DNA of 64,000 nucleotides. Origin: an uncultured Nitrospiraceae bacterium. Its GTDB lineage: Bacteria; Nitrospirota; Nitrospiria; Nitrospirales; Nitrospiraceae. Location: positions 2,272,001 through 2,336,000 of the forward strand of contig CAWJWJ010000002.1 in NCBI GenBank assembly GCA_963846575.1. Reading direction: 5' to 3'. This document shows positions 48,693-58,586 of the stretch, in pieces. The first letter of the stretch is position 1. Each line of letters starts with the position of its first letter. Under the pieces are notes generated by a model. The model saw only the letters and a program-made list of their open reading frames with translations, searched no databases and was not told the origin of the DNA. The position numbers and the translations under genes are program-made.

Positions 48693-49796
48693 TCAGGCAC
48701 AGAGTTCGTGATAGAGCGCGCTCGTGAGACGGGCAGCATCTGGCCAGGTAAACCGCCGCGCACGGTCGAATCCCCGCTGCCGCAGTGTCCGTCGGAGATC
48801 CTGGTCGGACAACAACGTGACCATCGCCCGGCCCAGCGCATCGACATCGTCGGGATCCACCAGCACCGCGGCATCGCCGGCCACCTCCGGCAGGGACGAT
48901 GTCGAGGAGGTGATAGTCGGCGCACCACAGGCCATCGCCTCCAGGACGGGCATGCCGAATCCCTCGTAGCGGGAAGGAAACACAAACACATCGGCGCAGG
49001 CATACAGCCGCCGCAGGTCGTCCCGGTCAATCCGTCCGGTGTACCGGACATCCGCCTCCACGCCGAGGGCCTGCGCAGTCGCGCGGTAACTGCCTTGCGG
49101 ATGGTCCGCATCACCGGCCAGCACGATGACCCGCCCTTCCAGCCGGGGACGGATTTGCGCCACGGCTTGTAGCACCAGGCGATGGTTCTTGCGGGGATCT
49201 GCCCCGCCGACGAACAGGACGAACCCCGCCGATGGAATGGACCACCGTTGGCGCAGCCCGATTATGGCCTGGTCATCCTTCGCCGGCACAAAATCCGCCG
49301 AGACGCCGTTATGAATCACGACCACATGTTCACGCGGAATGCCGTAGAGCTCCTCGATTTCCCGGGCGGAAAACTCCGAGACCGTCACCACCTTTCGAGC
49401 CCGCAGGGCCGTCGCCCTTGCCCGGCGGGACGATCCGGCCTGTCCCAGGACTTTGCGGGAGTATTCGGGATGGCGGGCCAGCCACAAATCATGGATGGTG
49501 ACGACACCGCCGAACCGTCCGGTCGTATGCATCTTGAAATTCGGACCATGATACAGATCGAGACCATCCCAGGCGCCCCGCCAGGGCGTCAGCCACCGTG
49601 GGGTCTCCACCCAACGCATCCGCTGGGTCATGGGCCAGCCGGCCGGGCGGCCCGCAGGGAGAGAGCCGGGCCGGAGATACCCGACATATTCGGTTTGCTC
49701 CTGTAGATCCAGGAGGGCCTGCAACAGATGGTAGGTATGCCAGCCGACTCCGCCCTTGTCACCCGTGATGGACGCCGCGTCGATTCCGATACGCAT
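48693..49796 (-). CDS. GT4 glycosyltransferase (MtfB/WbpY-like)
   Basis: MRIGIDA, VTIHDL, DPRKN and [19 protein letters not shown] motifs. Confidence 0.9.
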   Translation of the reverse strand: MRIGIDAASITGDKGGVGWHTYHLLQALLDLQEQTEYVGYLRPGSLPAGRPAGWPMTQRMRWVETPRWLTPWRGAWDGLDLYHGPNFKMHTTGRFGGVVTIHDLWLARHPEYSRKVLGQAGSSRRARATALRARKVVTVSEFSAREIEELYGIPREHVVVIHNGVSADFVPAKDDQAIIGLRQRWSIPSAGFVLFVGGADPRKNHRLVLQAVAQIRPRLEGRVIVLAGDADHPQGSYRATAQALGVEADVRYTGRIDRDDLRRLYACADVFVFPSRYEGFGMPVLEAMACGAPTITSSTSSLPEVAGDAAVLVDPDDVDALGRAMVTLLSDQDLRRTLRQRGFDRARRFTWPDAARLTSALYHELCA

Positions 49797-49848
49797 TAGA
49801 CGGACCGCGCCTCCATCGCGAGGGCCTGCCCCTCGTACAACACCCTCG

Positions 49849-50652
49849 TCACCCCTGTCCGTTACGCCGGACGTTCACGCGCTCCCAGGCCTTGGCGTAC
49901 TTGACGAAGGTATGGAGGCCGGCGAACATCGCCACGACCAGGCCGTGCACGCCGTCCCGATAACCGCCGCGCACGAACAGGGTTTTCAGCATCGTGCCCA
50001 GATGGTGCGTCGCGATGACCCACCCGCTGATGTGGGAGGTGCGCTTCAGCTTCTCCTCCGCGCCCAGCGTCGTATATCGCATCATCTTCCGGATATGGTG
50101 GTTGACGGTGGGCATGCTGTAGTGATCGAACGGTTCACGAAGCCGCAGCCGGCCTCCGGTGAGCGTGAAGTTTTCATGCAGCCGCACATCGTCATAGCGC
50201 CCGGCGGTCTTGCGGAAGAGCCGCATCTGATAGTCGGGGAACAGACCGCCGCCCTGAATCCATTTCCCGTAAAAGAAATTCCTCCGTGGAATTTCATACC
50301 CTCCGGCGTCCGCCGGCGGCCCGGCGGCCAACAGAGCCTGAATCTCCCGCCGGAGTCCGTCGGTCACGCGCTCGTCGGCATCCACGACCAGAATCCACTC
50401 GGCCCCGGCCTGATCGATCGCGAAATTTTTTTGCGGCCCATAACCCGCCCATGGCCGGACGAACACCCGCGGCGTATACCGCGTGGCCAGTTCCACGGTC
50501 CGGTCCCGGCTCTCGGCATCCACCACCACGAGTTCGTCGGCCCAGCGAACGGATTCAAGACAGTCGGCGATGTTGTGCTCTTCGTCCTTGGTGATGATCA
50601 CCGCCGCGATCGTGCTCACGGCTCGGTTCGGTTCTGCCACGGAGCCCTTCAT
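49849..50652 (-). CDS. GT2 LPS-core beta-1,4-glucosyltransferase-like (WaaE/KdtX type)
   Basis: ITKDEEHNI.DCLESV.WADE, GYGPQKN, VDADE, PDYQ.RLF and LHE motifs. Confidence 0.88.
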   Translation of the reverse strand: MKGSVAEPNRAVSTIAAVIITKDEEHNIADCLESVRWADELVVVDAESRDRTVELATRYTPRVFVRPWAGYGPQKNFAIDQAGAEWILVVDADERVTDGLRREIQALLAAGPPADAGGYEIPRRNFFYGKWIQGGGLFPDYQMRLFRKTAGRYDDVRLHENFTLTGGRLRLREPFDHYSMPTVNHHIRKMMRYTTLGAEEKLKRTSHISGWVIATHHLGTMLKTLFVRGGYRDGVHGLVVAMFAGLHTFVKYAKAWERVNVRRNGQG

Positions 50653-51458
50653 CCTTGCAAGTGTTTCACTGAGGCAGCCGGCCCTGCCGCCAGCGTCCTG
50701 GTGCCCTGCAGTTCCCAGAAACGAGCATATTTGATGAACGTATAGTAGGCATACAGACCGGACAGGATCAGTCCCGGCACCCCGTCCAGGCAGCCTTTTC
50801 GACCCACGTACATTTTGAGAAACGTGAAGCAGGGATGTGACAGCAATTGAGGCCACGAGAATATGCGCCCCTGCTCGACCATGCGGCGCGCCATCAGATC
50901 AGAGTACCGTTCCTGCTTCGCGAGGTAGTGATCGATGTCGCGAAACGGGTACTGCAGCGCCGTGGCCGTCATATAGCCCACGCGGCCGTCCAGGTCGAAG
51001 CTCTCGTGCACCAGTTCATCCCGATAACGCAACCGGCTCTTTCGGAACAATTGCGGTTGCCGATAATCCGGAAACCAGCCGCAATGTTTGATCCAGCGAC
51101 CCAGGAAATAGTTTTTGCGGGGGACGAAATAGGCGTCGGCATCAGGACCGGCAGCCAACAGGCGCCTGATTTCCTCCTGCAACTCCGGCGTCGCCCGTTC
51201 ATCGGTATCCAAACTGAACACCCAGTCATGGGTGGCATGGGCGAGGGCTTCGTTGCGCAACCGGCCGAACCCGTGAAACTCATGCTGATACACCTGATCG
51301 GTGAACTCGCGGCTGATGCGTTCAGTCGCGTCGGTGCTGTGAGAGTCGACGACGATGATTTCATCGGCCCAGGTGATGGATTCCAGGCAGGCCCGCATGT
51401 TGGGCTCGTCATTGTACGCAATGACCACGGCCGATATCGGTGTATGGTTCACGGTCAC
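50649..51458 (-). CDS. GT2 LPS-core beta-1,4-glucosyltransferase-like (WaaE/KdtX type), tandem paralogue
   Basis: AYNDEPN..ACLESI.WADE, GFG.LRN, LDTDE, PDYRQPQLF and VHE motifs. Confidence 0.88.
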   Translation of the reverse strand: MTVNHTPISAVVIAYNDEPNMRACLESITWADEIIVVDSHSTDATERISREFTDQVYQHEFHGFGRLRNEALAHATHDWVFSLDTDERATPELQEEIRRLLAAGPDADAYFVPRKNYFLGRWIKHCGWFPDYRQPQLFRKSRLRYRDELVHESFDLDGRVGYMTATALQYPFRDIDHYLAKQERYSDLMARRMVEQGRIFSWPQLLSHPCFTFLKMYVGRKGCLDGVPGLILSGLYAYYTFIKYARFWELQGTRTLAAGPAASVKHLQG

Positions 51459-51509
51459 GATTCCTTTTCGAACACAGGCTCTTCCACAGGGACACGGCCG
51501 GGCATCTTC

Positions 51510-53651
51510 CTACAGCCGCGGTCCGAACTCCCGCCAGGACCAGATGTGGTTCGAATCGAGCGCCACATTGGAGACTTCGTATAACGCCAGTAATTCCCGA
51601 TAGCGGGACGCAGTGAGCGGTCGACTCCCGTCAGGCCCGGCCGGCAGAGGTTCGAACGTGAGGGTCGCCTCCTCCACCCGCTCCGTGAGAAATGAGTACA
51701 GCAATATTCCATCGCGACTGGCCAATCCGACCAGATTGTCGTACACGCTTGTGAGATAGGCCGCCTGATCCGGCAGACAGTCCCGCACCAGCACGCAGGT
51801 GAGATCCTGTCCCGCAAACGGCGCGACCGGGGGCAACGCGCCGGTCAAGGCCAGAAGCGTGGGCGCGACATCCACATGACTCGCAATGGTGGACACAGCC
51901 CGGGAACGGTACGTGGCCGGCGTCCGCAACGATTCGTCCATCCAGATCAGCATCGGCGACGCGAAATGGCCGAGCTTCCGCTCGACATCGGTGCTGCCCA
52001 CTGATTCATGCCGTCCGTGATCACCGATGATGACGACAACCGTATTGCGCAAGAGCCCTTCGCGAACCAGTTTGGTGAACACCCGCTCCAATTCAAGGTC
52101 CGTGTACCGAAGGGCCCCGACATATTGATCCGTCACCTGCTGCTGTAGCGTGCGGACCTCGGGATGGTGAGGGGGCGCGGCGAAGGGATGATGGGTGGAC
52201 AGCGTGAGCGTAGTCAGAAAGAACGGTTTGCCTTCCGCCTGCCGCTGCTTGATCCGCTCATAACAGAGGTCGAACAGGGCGCCGTCGACGATGCCCAGGC
52301 CGGCTCGTTCCGCCCCTGCCGGGAAATCGCCCTCGTCCAGCATCTGCTGAAGCCCGTTTCTCGACAGGAAGGTCTGCAACCGGTTGAGATCCCGATGCTG
52401 GCCGATCACCATCTCCGTGCTATAGCCTCGGCGCTGCAAGAGCGACGGCAGGCAGAGATAATCATGCGCATACCGCGTTTTCATGGCGGCGGCTCCATGC
52501 CTCGGATAAGTACTGCACAGGGTCGCAAAGAGTCCCCTGGAGGTCTGGACGCCGTTCGAGAAAAAATTGGTGAAATAGACGCTGTCGTCTTTCAGTCGAT
52601 CGAGAAACGGAGTCCCCCGCACCTCGCCATAGGTCTGTCCCAGATACCGGCGGTCCAACCCTTCCAGAAACAGGATGATGACGTTCGCGGGCTTGGACAA
52701 CCGGATGCCGTCGGCCGCGGTCGTCCTAGTCCGGACCAGGGGATACCGCGCATCCGGAAACACGTTGCCCGGTCCCAACAGGCCTTGAGCCGTGCGAACG
52801 GCCTCGTCGTAAGGCATACGCGCGCCGTTCGCCCGCTGGGCCATGGACCCCCTCGAGACCCACGCCACCCGTAACGCCTCGCTGGCAAACAGCACCGGAT
52901 TCTGGGCCAGCGTATAGTAGACCGAGCTGCCGATGTGCGCGATCCGGATCCCGTACGGCCCTGATGGATGGAAGCCGGCGCCACCACCGACCAACCCGAC
53001 ACAAAGCAACGCGTTGGCCTGAAAACCGGACAGGGGCTGCCATCGAAAAAGCGCCGGAACCACGACCGCGGAATAACCCCACCACCAGAGTCCGATCCCG
53101 ACCACCTGAATACTCAGGAAAAGCAGGACCCGTCCCGCCCATTTTCCAACGGCCTCCAGTTCCGCGCCGGTCTGTTGCAACGCCTGAACATTCGTCGCAT
53201 CCGTCGTCGCCGCAGGCGCGAAGAGATCGCCGATATATTCCAGAAACACGAAATCCATATGTTGGCGATTGAAGCCGTAATACCCCATGTCCACCGACAG
53301 GAGCATGAACAACAGGATCGCGAACAGGAAACAGCCCACATGAAAGGCCCGCCGGAACGAGAGGGAAAATCGCGCCGGAACGCCTCGCACCAGGCCCCAT
53401 CCTTGTTTCAGCAAGGCCCATCCGCCGGCGCCGATCGCGGCCAGCACCAAGGCGAAGGTGGCGGTGATGAAATCCCCCCGCATTCCGACGGCCAGGGTCT
53501 TGATCAAGAGCGCCCCGGTCGGTGTTTCCTGGGAGAAGGCGTCTCCAAGCAGGAACACACGCTCCGCCGTCTGCATCACGACGAACAGAATCCACCAGAA
53601 GAGCAGGGTCTTTCGAATCGACGGCTGTGCGAAGGTCCATCCCGGTCTCAT
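51510..53651 (-). CDS. LTA-synthase/sulfatase-family membrane phosphoform transferase (LtaS/OpgB/EptA-like)
   Basis: About 5 N-terminal TM helices, then alkaline-phosphatase-superfamily motifs NVIILFLEG, catalytic Thr in GVQTSRG, STHHPF, IIGDHG and SHVDVAPT. Confidence 0.85.
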   Translation of the reverse strand: MRPGWTFAQPSIRKTLLFWWILFVVMQTAERVFLLGDAFSQETPTGALLIKTLAVGMRGDFITATFALVLAAIGAGGWALLKQGWGLVRGVPARFSLSFRRAFHVGCFLFAILLFMLLSVDMGYYGFNRQHMDFVFLEYIGDLFAPAATTDATNVQALQQTGAELEAVGKWAGRVLLFLSIQVVGIGLWWWGYSAVVVPALFRWQPLSGFQANALLCVGLVGGGAGFHPSGPYGIRIAHIGSSVYYTLAQNPVLFASEALRVAWVSRGSMAQRANGARMPYDEAVRTAQGLLGPGNVFPDARYPLVRTRTTAADGIRLSKPANVIILFLEGLDRRYLGQTYGEVRGTPFLDRLKDDSVYFTNFFSNGVQTSRGLFATLCSTYPRHGAAAMKTRYAHDYLCLPSLLQRRGYSTEMVIGQHRDLNRLQTFLSRNGLQQMLDEGDFPAGAERAGLGIVDGALFDLCYERIKQRQAEGKPFFLTTLTLSTHHPFAAPPHHPEVRTLQQQVTDQYVGALRYTDLELERVFTKLVREGLLRNTVVVIIGDHGRHESVGSTDVERKLGHFASPMLIWMDESLRTPATYRSRAVSTIASHVDVAPTLLALTGALPPVAPFAGQDLTCVLVRDCLPDQAAYLTSVYDNLVGLASRDGILLYSFLTERVEEATLTFEPLPAGPDGSRPLTASRYRELLALYEVSNVALDSNHIWSWREFGPRL

Positions 53652-54751
53652 GATGCGATCACCCGCCGGTAGGTCCGTTCCAGTTCATCCACCATGCGGT
53701 CGATCGAATAGGATCGCTCCACCGTCTGGCGCCCGCGTCGGCCCATGGCCGCGCATAACCCGGGGTCGGCCAACAACCGTCCGATGCGATCGGCCAAGGC
53801 GTCGGGATCACGCGGCGGGACGATGAAGCCCGATTCCTGGTCGGTCACGACATCGGGAATCGATCCGGTCGTCGTCGACACGACGGGCAACCCGATCGCC
53901 AGGGCTTGCATCAATACCTGGGGAATGGTGTCGCCCTCTACTGTGGGAATCACGAACAGGTCCAACGAGCGGAACACATCCAGCAAATCGTCCCGAAAAC
54001 CCAACATGCGGACATCCGCCGCCAGCCCCAGACGCTCGATCTGCTCGCGGATGTTCTGTTCCTCCGGCCCCTCGCCCACAATGAGGAACGCCACCCGCTG
54101 GTGGTGCTTCAACACCCTGGCGGCAGCCTCGACAAAATACCGATGGCCTTTGTAGTCGCGCAGGTAGGAAATGATCCCGACGAGCCGGTGACCTGACGGA
54201 ATGCCCAGTTCGGCCCGGATATCCTGCCGCGGTTCGGCCGGCGAAAAATGCTCCACGTCCAGCCCGATGGGAAAGGCCGCCACCCGGTCCGGTGCCAATC
54301 CGTCCCGATGGATAAGATCCTGGCGGTTCCGTTCGCCGCCGGTCACGATGACCAGATCGAACAGCCGCCTGTACAACAGATGCGTGGCGCGATTGTTCGT
54401 CAGCGGTGCGGAAATATGCCGGGTGCGAATGAGTTTGGGACGCGGGTGTACCAATCGAGTCGCAAGCGCCGCCAGCCAGCTGTCACGCGAGCTGTTCACA
54501 TGCACGATGTCGGGACGTTCCCGTTGCAGGAGCCGGCGGAAGGCCCACATAGACCAGGGCAGCCGCCATTGCTGCATGATGAAGGGTTCGACCGGGAGCC
54601 CGCGATCCCCGGCCATGCCCATGATGGGACTCTCGGGTTCCAGGACCAGCCGCACGCGATGACCTCGTGTCCACAACCGCTCGGCATGCAGCAGAACCGC
54701 CAGTTCCTGCCCGCCTACCGTTCTACTGGATTCCGCAATCAGAATATTCAC
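53648..54751 (-). CDS. GT4 glycosyltransferase
   Basis: GGQE, DIVHVNSSRDSW, RTRH, YKGH and PQVLMQALAIGLPVV motifs. Confidence 0.88.
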   Translation of the reverse strand: MNILIAESSRTVGGQELAVLLHAERLWTRGHRVRLVLEPESPIMGMAGDRGLPVEPFIMQQWRLPWSMWAFRRLLQRERPDIVHVNSSRDSWLAALATRLVHPRPKLIRTRHISAPLTNNRATHLLYRRLFDLVIVTGGERNRQDLIHRDGLAPDRVAAFPIGLDVEHFSPAEPRQDIRAELGIPSGHRLVGIISYLRDYKGHRYFVEAAARVLKHHQRVAFLIVGEGPEEQNIREQIERLGLAADVRMLGFRDDLLDVFRSLDLFVIPTVEGDTIPQVLMQALAIGLPVVSTTTGSIPDVVTDQESGFIVPPRDPDALADRIGRLLADPGLCAAMGRRGRQTVERSYSIDRMVDELERTYRRVIAS

Positions 54752-55791
54752 AACGATCTCGGCTTCGGTGATCGGTCAAGTTGCTGCTGCACGGCGTGGA
54801 CGACCTGGTCCGGCCGGACTTCCGTCAGACATTCAAGTTTCACGGCTCGAGGACAATCCCGGCGGAAGCAGGGGCTGCATTCCACGGGGTGGGAGAGCAC
54901 CAGATGACCCCTGCCGTAAGGTCCGGTCCGGCGCGGATCCGTCGGCCCGAATAATGCCACCACGGGCGTGTCCACTGCCGCCGCAATGTGCATCGGACCG
55001 GAATCGTTCGTGATCAAGACGGACGCCTGTCGCAACAAACAGGGCAATAACCCTACAGGGGTGCGTCCCGTCAGATCAACCGCTTTTGTGCGCATGCAGG
55101 CCATCACGGCCTGTGCCTCCTGCCGTTCGGCGGTGCCCCCGATGAACAGGATCGGGATGCCCTGCAGGCGCGAGAGCTCGTCCGCCGCATCGGCAAAATG
55201 CTGCGTCGGCCAGCGTTTCGTTTCCCAGCGCGCGGAAGCGTTGATCGCAATCCACGGCGACGACGCGACCACGCCGGAATCGGCAAGAATTCTCTCCACC
55301 GCCTGCCGGTCCTCCGGCCGATCGATAAACTCAAAGTGAGGTTGCGCCGGACGTTCCGCACCCAGTGCCTCCGCGACCAGGAGGTACCGATCGACCGCAT
55401 GCATCGGTCCGCCCGGCACTTCGACCCGCCTGGTATAGAATAAGGGGCTGCCTTCACGGGCGTTGGCGAACCCGATTCGGTGGCGACATCCGCTCAGCCA
55501 GGCCATGGCGCCGCTCCGGAACAGACCCTGCAAATCGACCACGAGATCGAACTGAGCCGCACGAAGCTCCGGTACTCGTCCCACCCAGCCCGATAGGCCC
55601 CCCTCGACCCTGCAGACGCGATCGACGCCCTTCATGACTTCCACCAACGGCGCCCATTGTCGCTTCACCAGCCAGGTGACCTCCGCGTGAGGGAAACAGC
55701 TGCGCAAGGCAGCCAGGGCCGGCATGGCATGGACAATATCGCCGAGAGAGCTCGGCTTGATGAACAGCAGTCTACGTACAAGATCGGTCAT
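54748..55791 (-). CDS. waaC: GT9 heptosyltransferase I-like
   Basis: IKPSSLGDIVHAMP, DLQGLFRS, TKRWP and TNDSGPMHIAAA motifs. Confidence 0.8.
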   Translation of the reverse strand: MTDLVRRLLFIKPSSLGDIVHAMPALAALRSCFPHAEVTWLVKRQWAPLVEVMKGVDRVCRVEGGLSGWVGRVPELRAAQFDLVVDLQGLFRSGAMAWLSGCRHRIGFANAREGSPLFYTRRVEVPGGPMHAVDRYLLVAEALGAERPAQPHFEFIDRPEDRQAVERILADSGVVASSPWIAINASARWETKRWPTQHFADAADELSRLQGIPILFIGGTAERQEAQAVMACMRTKAVDLTGRTPVGLLPCLLRQASVLITNDSGPMHIAAAVDTPVVALFGPTDPRRTGPYGRGHLVLSHPVECSPCFRRDCPRAVKLECLTEVRPDQVVHAVQQQLDRSPKPRSL

Positions 55792-55816
55792 CAGGCCACC
55801 ACAGACCAGGCCCCGT

Positions 55817-57511
55817 TCAGGAAGGCACCTGCGGGGCAGGCGGCCTGCCGGCCGCTTGGGCCAGAATCCACTCCACCGCTTGCGGCAAACCTTCCGCCAC
55901 GAGGTCCGGCGCCACGCCTCGGAGCGTGAGGTCAGCCAGCGTCTCCGGTCCCGACGGGCCGGTGAGGACCAGCAGGCTCTTCGCCCCGACCTGTTTGGCC
56001 AGTTCGATATCCCGCGCGCTATCTCCGATTACATAGGCGCGACCGAGATCCACCCGCAGTTCCGCGACGGCGCGGTGAATCATGCCCGGCGCAGGTTTGC
56101 GGCAGTTGCAGTGATCATCGGGATGGTGCGGGCAAAAATACAACCCGTCCAGCGTCACCTGATCTTCGGCCAGCAGCAGGCGCAGTTTGGCATGGACCGC
56201 CTCGAGATCCTTCCCGCCAAAGTATCCTCGCCCCAGTCCGGACTGGTTCGTCACCACGACCAGGCGCGCCCCCGCCTCCTTGAGCCGCGCCAGCGCGGCG
56301 CCGGTGCCGGGCAGCAACGTCAATTCCTCCGGAGACTTGATGTAGCCGGTGTCTTTGTTGAGCGTCCCGTCGCGATCAAGAAATACGGTCACGCCCGCCA
56401 GCGAATGGGGATCGACGCGGCGCTGCACCGGCGCGGGTTCAATAATCGGTTGAGGCGCCACCAGCGGAAGATGCTCCACCGTCGCACCGTAGACCTGCTC
56501 CACCGTGACGCCGGTCATGCAGCGGTGATCAATCGGACATTCCCGCAACAGGCAGGGCGCACAGGACACCGGTTGCCGGACCAGCTTCGCGTCGACTCCG
56601 TAGGGTGCCGTGCTGTCCCAATCAGTCGGACCGAACACGGCGACCAGGGGAACGTTGAACGCCGCCGCCACATGCATAGGACCGGTATCATTCGTCAGAA
56701 AGAGCTGGCAGCGCTTCACGAGCGCCATCAACTCCCGCACCGTGGTCTGTCCGGAACAGACGACGGTGCGCGTCTTGATCTGTGCGGCAATCGCCTGCCC
56801 TAATTGCTCCTCGCCCTTGGCCCCGATGATGGCCACCCCGATTCTCGCATGGCCTTGAGCCTGCACATCCTTCAACAGCCGATTGACAACCTCGGCGTAT
56901 CGGTCCGGGAGCCATCGCTTCGCATGGCCGTACGTCGAGCCCGGATTGACGCCGATCACCGGGTCCGATGCTCCGATCCCCGCATCGGCCAACCGTCTGG
57001 CGATTGACGAGGATTCGTCCGGCGTCACGAACAAGCGGGGGGCCGGCGCAGGCCCCTGTCCCCCGAGCGGCTTGAGCAAACCCCAATAATAGTCCACCTG
57101 ATGTCTCTGGCCGTTCCGTGGCGGGACCGTGACGGGATCGGTCAGCAGCAGGCTCCGGCCGTCGGTCGCATAACCGAACCGTCTGGGGATCCCGGCCAGG
57201 AAACTGATCACGGCTGCCTCGAACGCATTCTGGAACAGGATCGCGAGATCGAACCGATGGCGGCGTAACACGCCGGCCAGCGTCCATTTGCCGCTGAGCC
57301 CCGCATGGCGTCCCCGATCGTCATACACCAACGTCCGATTCACCGCCGGGTGCCGCGCCAGCAACTCCGCGATCGAGGACTTGGCCAGCAGCGTGATCTC
57401 GGCCTGTGGAAACAGCGTGCGGACCTGGCTCAAGGCCGGCTCGCACATGACCGCATCTCCCAACCAGTTCGGCGCACGGACGACGATACGATGAATCCCT
57501 TCCTTACGCAT
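55817..57511 (-). CDS. waaF: Heptosyltransferase II fused to D,D-heptose-1,7-bisphosphate phosphatase (WaaF-GmhB)
   Basis: N-terminal RAPNWLGDAVM, YGHAKRW and TNDTGPMH motifs; C-terminal FLDRDGTLN, VVTNQSG, CPHHP...C.CRKP and IGDSARD motifs. Confidence 0.92.
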   Translation of the reverse strand: MRKEGIHRIVVRAPNWLGDAVMCEPALSQVRTLFPQAEITLLAKSSIAELLARHPAVNRTLVYDDRGRHAGLSGKWTLAGVLRRHRFDLAILFQNAFEAAVISFLAGIPRRFGYATDGRSLLLTDPVTVPPRNGQRHQVDYYWGLLKPLGGQGPAPAPRLFVTPDESSSIARRLADAGIGASDPVIGVNPGSTYGHAKRWLPDRYAEVVNRLLKDVQAQGHARIGVAIIGAKGEEQLGQAIAAQIKTRTVVCSGQTTVRELMALVKRCQLFLTNDTGPMHVAAAFNVPLVAVFGPTDWDSTAPYGVDAKLVRQPVSCAPCLLRECPIDHRCMTGVTVEQVYGATVEHLPLVAPQPIIEPAPVQRRVDPHSLAGVTVFLDRDGTLNKDTGYIKSPEELTLLPGTGAALARLKEAGARLVVVTNQSGLGRGYFGGKDLEAVHAKLRLLLAEDQVTLDGLYFCPHHPDDHCNCRKPAPGMIHRAVAELRVDLGRAYVIGDSARDIELAKQVGAKSLLVLTGPSGPETLADLTLRGVAPDLVAEGLPQAVEWILAQAAGRPPAPQVPS

Positions 57512-58586
57512 GCCGTTTTGTCCCCGCTGGCGGCGGATCGAGTCGCAACAACTGCTCCACTTGCTCCTGCCCTCTCCAGATCTCCGTCCGAAGCCTGACG
57601 GCCCAGCAGACATCCTGCGCACCCAGAAAGCGCGCCACCTTGCCGGCGTCCTTTTCGGTCGTGACCCAGAGGTCCGCACCGGAGGCCTTCGCCTTGGCTC
57701 GAATCGCGTCCACCATGCCTTCGGTATAGTGCACATGGTCGGGAAAGGCCAGGGTCTCCACCACCTTCACCCCCAGTCCCGCTACCAAGGCATGAAATGA
57801 CCCGGCATTTCCGACCCCGCTGAACAACAGCGCCGGCCGGCCGCGAAAGTCTGCCAACGGGCGACTGCCTTCCCCACCGACGCGTCGAAATTCCTCGGCG
57901 GGAAAGTCCACCAGCGCCGGCGATGGAAGTGGGCCGCAGGCTCGGATCAGATGACTCCATACTGCGTCGGCATCCTGCTCCGTCCCGGCCCTGGTCACCA
58001 GGATGGCCGTGGCGCGTCCCGCCGCCGCGAGAGGTTCCCGCAAACGCCCGGCCGGCAACGCGGCCTGAATGCCCCTGAGGTCCGTCGCATCCACCAGTAA
58101 CAAATTCACATCGCGATGCAGTTGCACATGCTGAAACCCGTCATCCAGCACAAAACAATCCACCGGCAGACGACTCAGGACCCATTGACCGAGCGCATAA
58201 CGATCCCCACCCACGGCCACGACAGCGCGAGGACAACGGCATGCGATGAGATAGGGCTCGTCCCCGGCCTCCTCCGGTCCCACGAGCACCTGCTGTCCGT
58301 CCGACACCAGTACCTGCGGCGCCTGACTCCGGCGCCGGTACCCCCGGCTCAAGACCGCCACTCGCCGACCCTGCGCCGTCAACCGTTCCACCAGGTGCAT
58401 GACCACAGGCGTTTTGCCGGTTCCCCCCACCGTGAGATTTCCCACGCTGATCACCGGCCGAGGCAATCGTTGCTTGCGGAACCAACCGCGCGCGTAACAC
58501 CAGAGCCGGACACGAGCCACAAGTTCGTATGGAGCGCCGAGCCACCACCGGCAGGATCGCGGCCGCACCGGGGCATTCTCGTTCAT
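57504..58586 (-). CDS. lpxK: Tetraacyldisaccharide 4'-kinase
   Basis: ISVGNLTVGGTGKTP, LSRGY, GDEP, LDDGFQH, LPAGRLRE, FPDH and TTEKDA motifs. Confidence 0.95.
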   Translation of the reverse strand: MNENAPVRPRSCRWWLGAPYELVARVRLWCYARGWFRKQRLPRPVISVGNLTVGGTGKTPVVMHLVERLTAQGRRVAVLSRGYRRRSQAPQVLVSDGQQVLVGPEEAGDEPYLIACRCPRAVVAVGGDRYALGQWVLSRLPVDCFVLDDGFQHVQLHRDVNLLLVDATDLRGIQAALPAGRLREPLAAAGRATAILVTRAGTEQDADAVWSHLIRACGPLPSPALVDFPAEEFRRVGGEGSRPLADFRGRPALLFSGVGNAGSFHALVAGLGVKVVETLAFPDHVHYTEGMVDAIRAKAKASGADLWVTTEKDAGKVARFLGAQDVCWAVRLRTEIWRGQEQVEQLLRLDPPPAGTKRHA

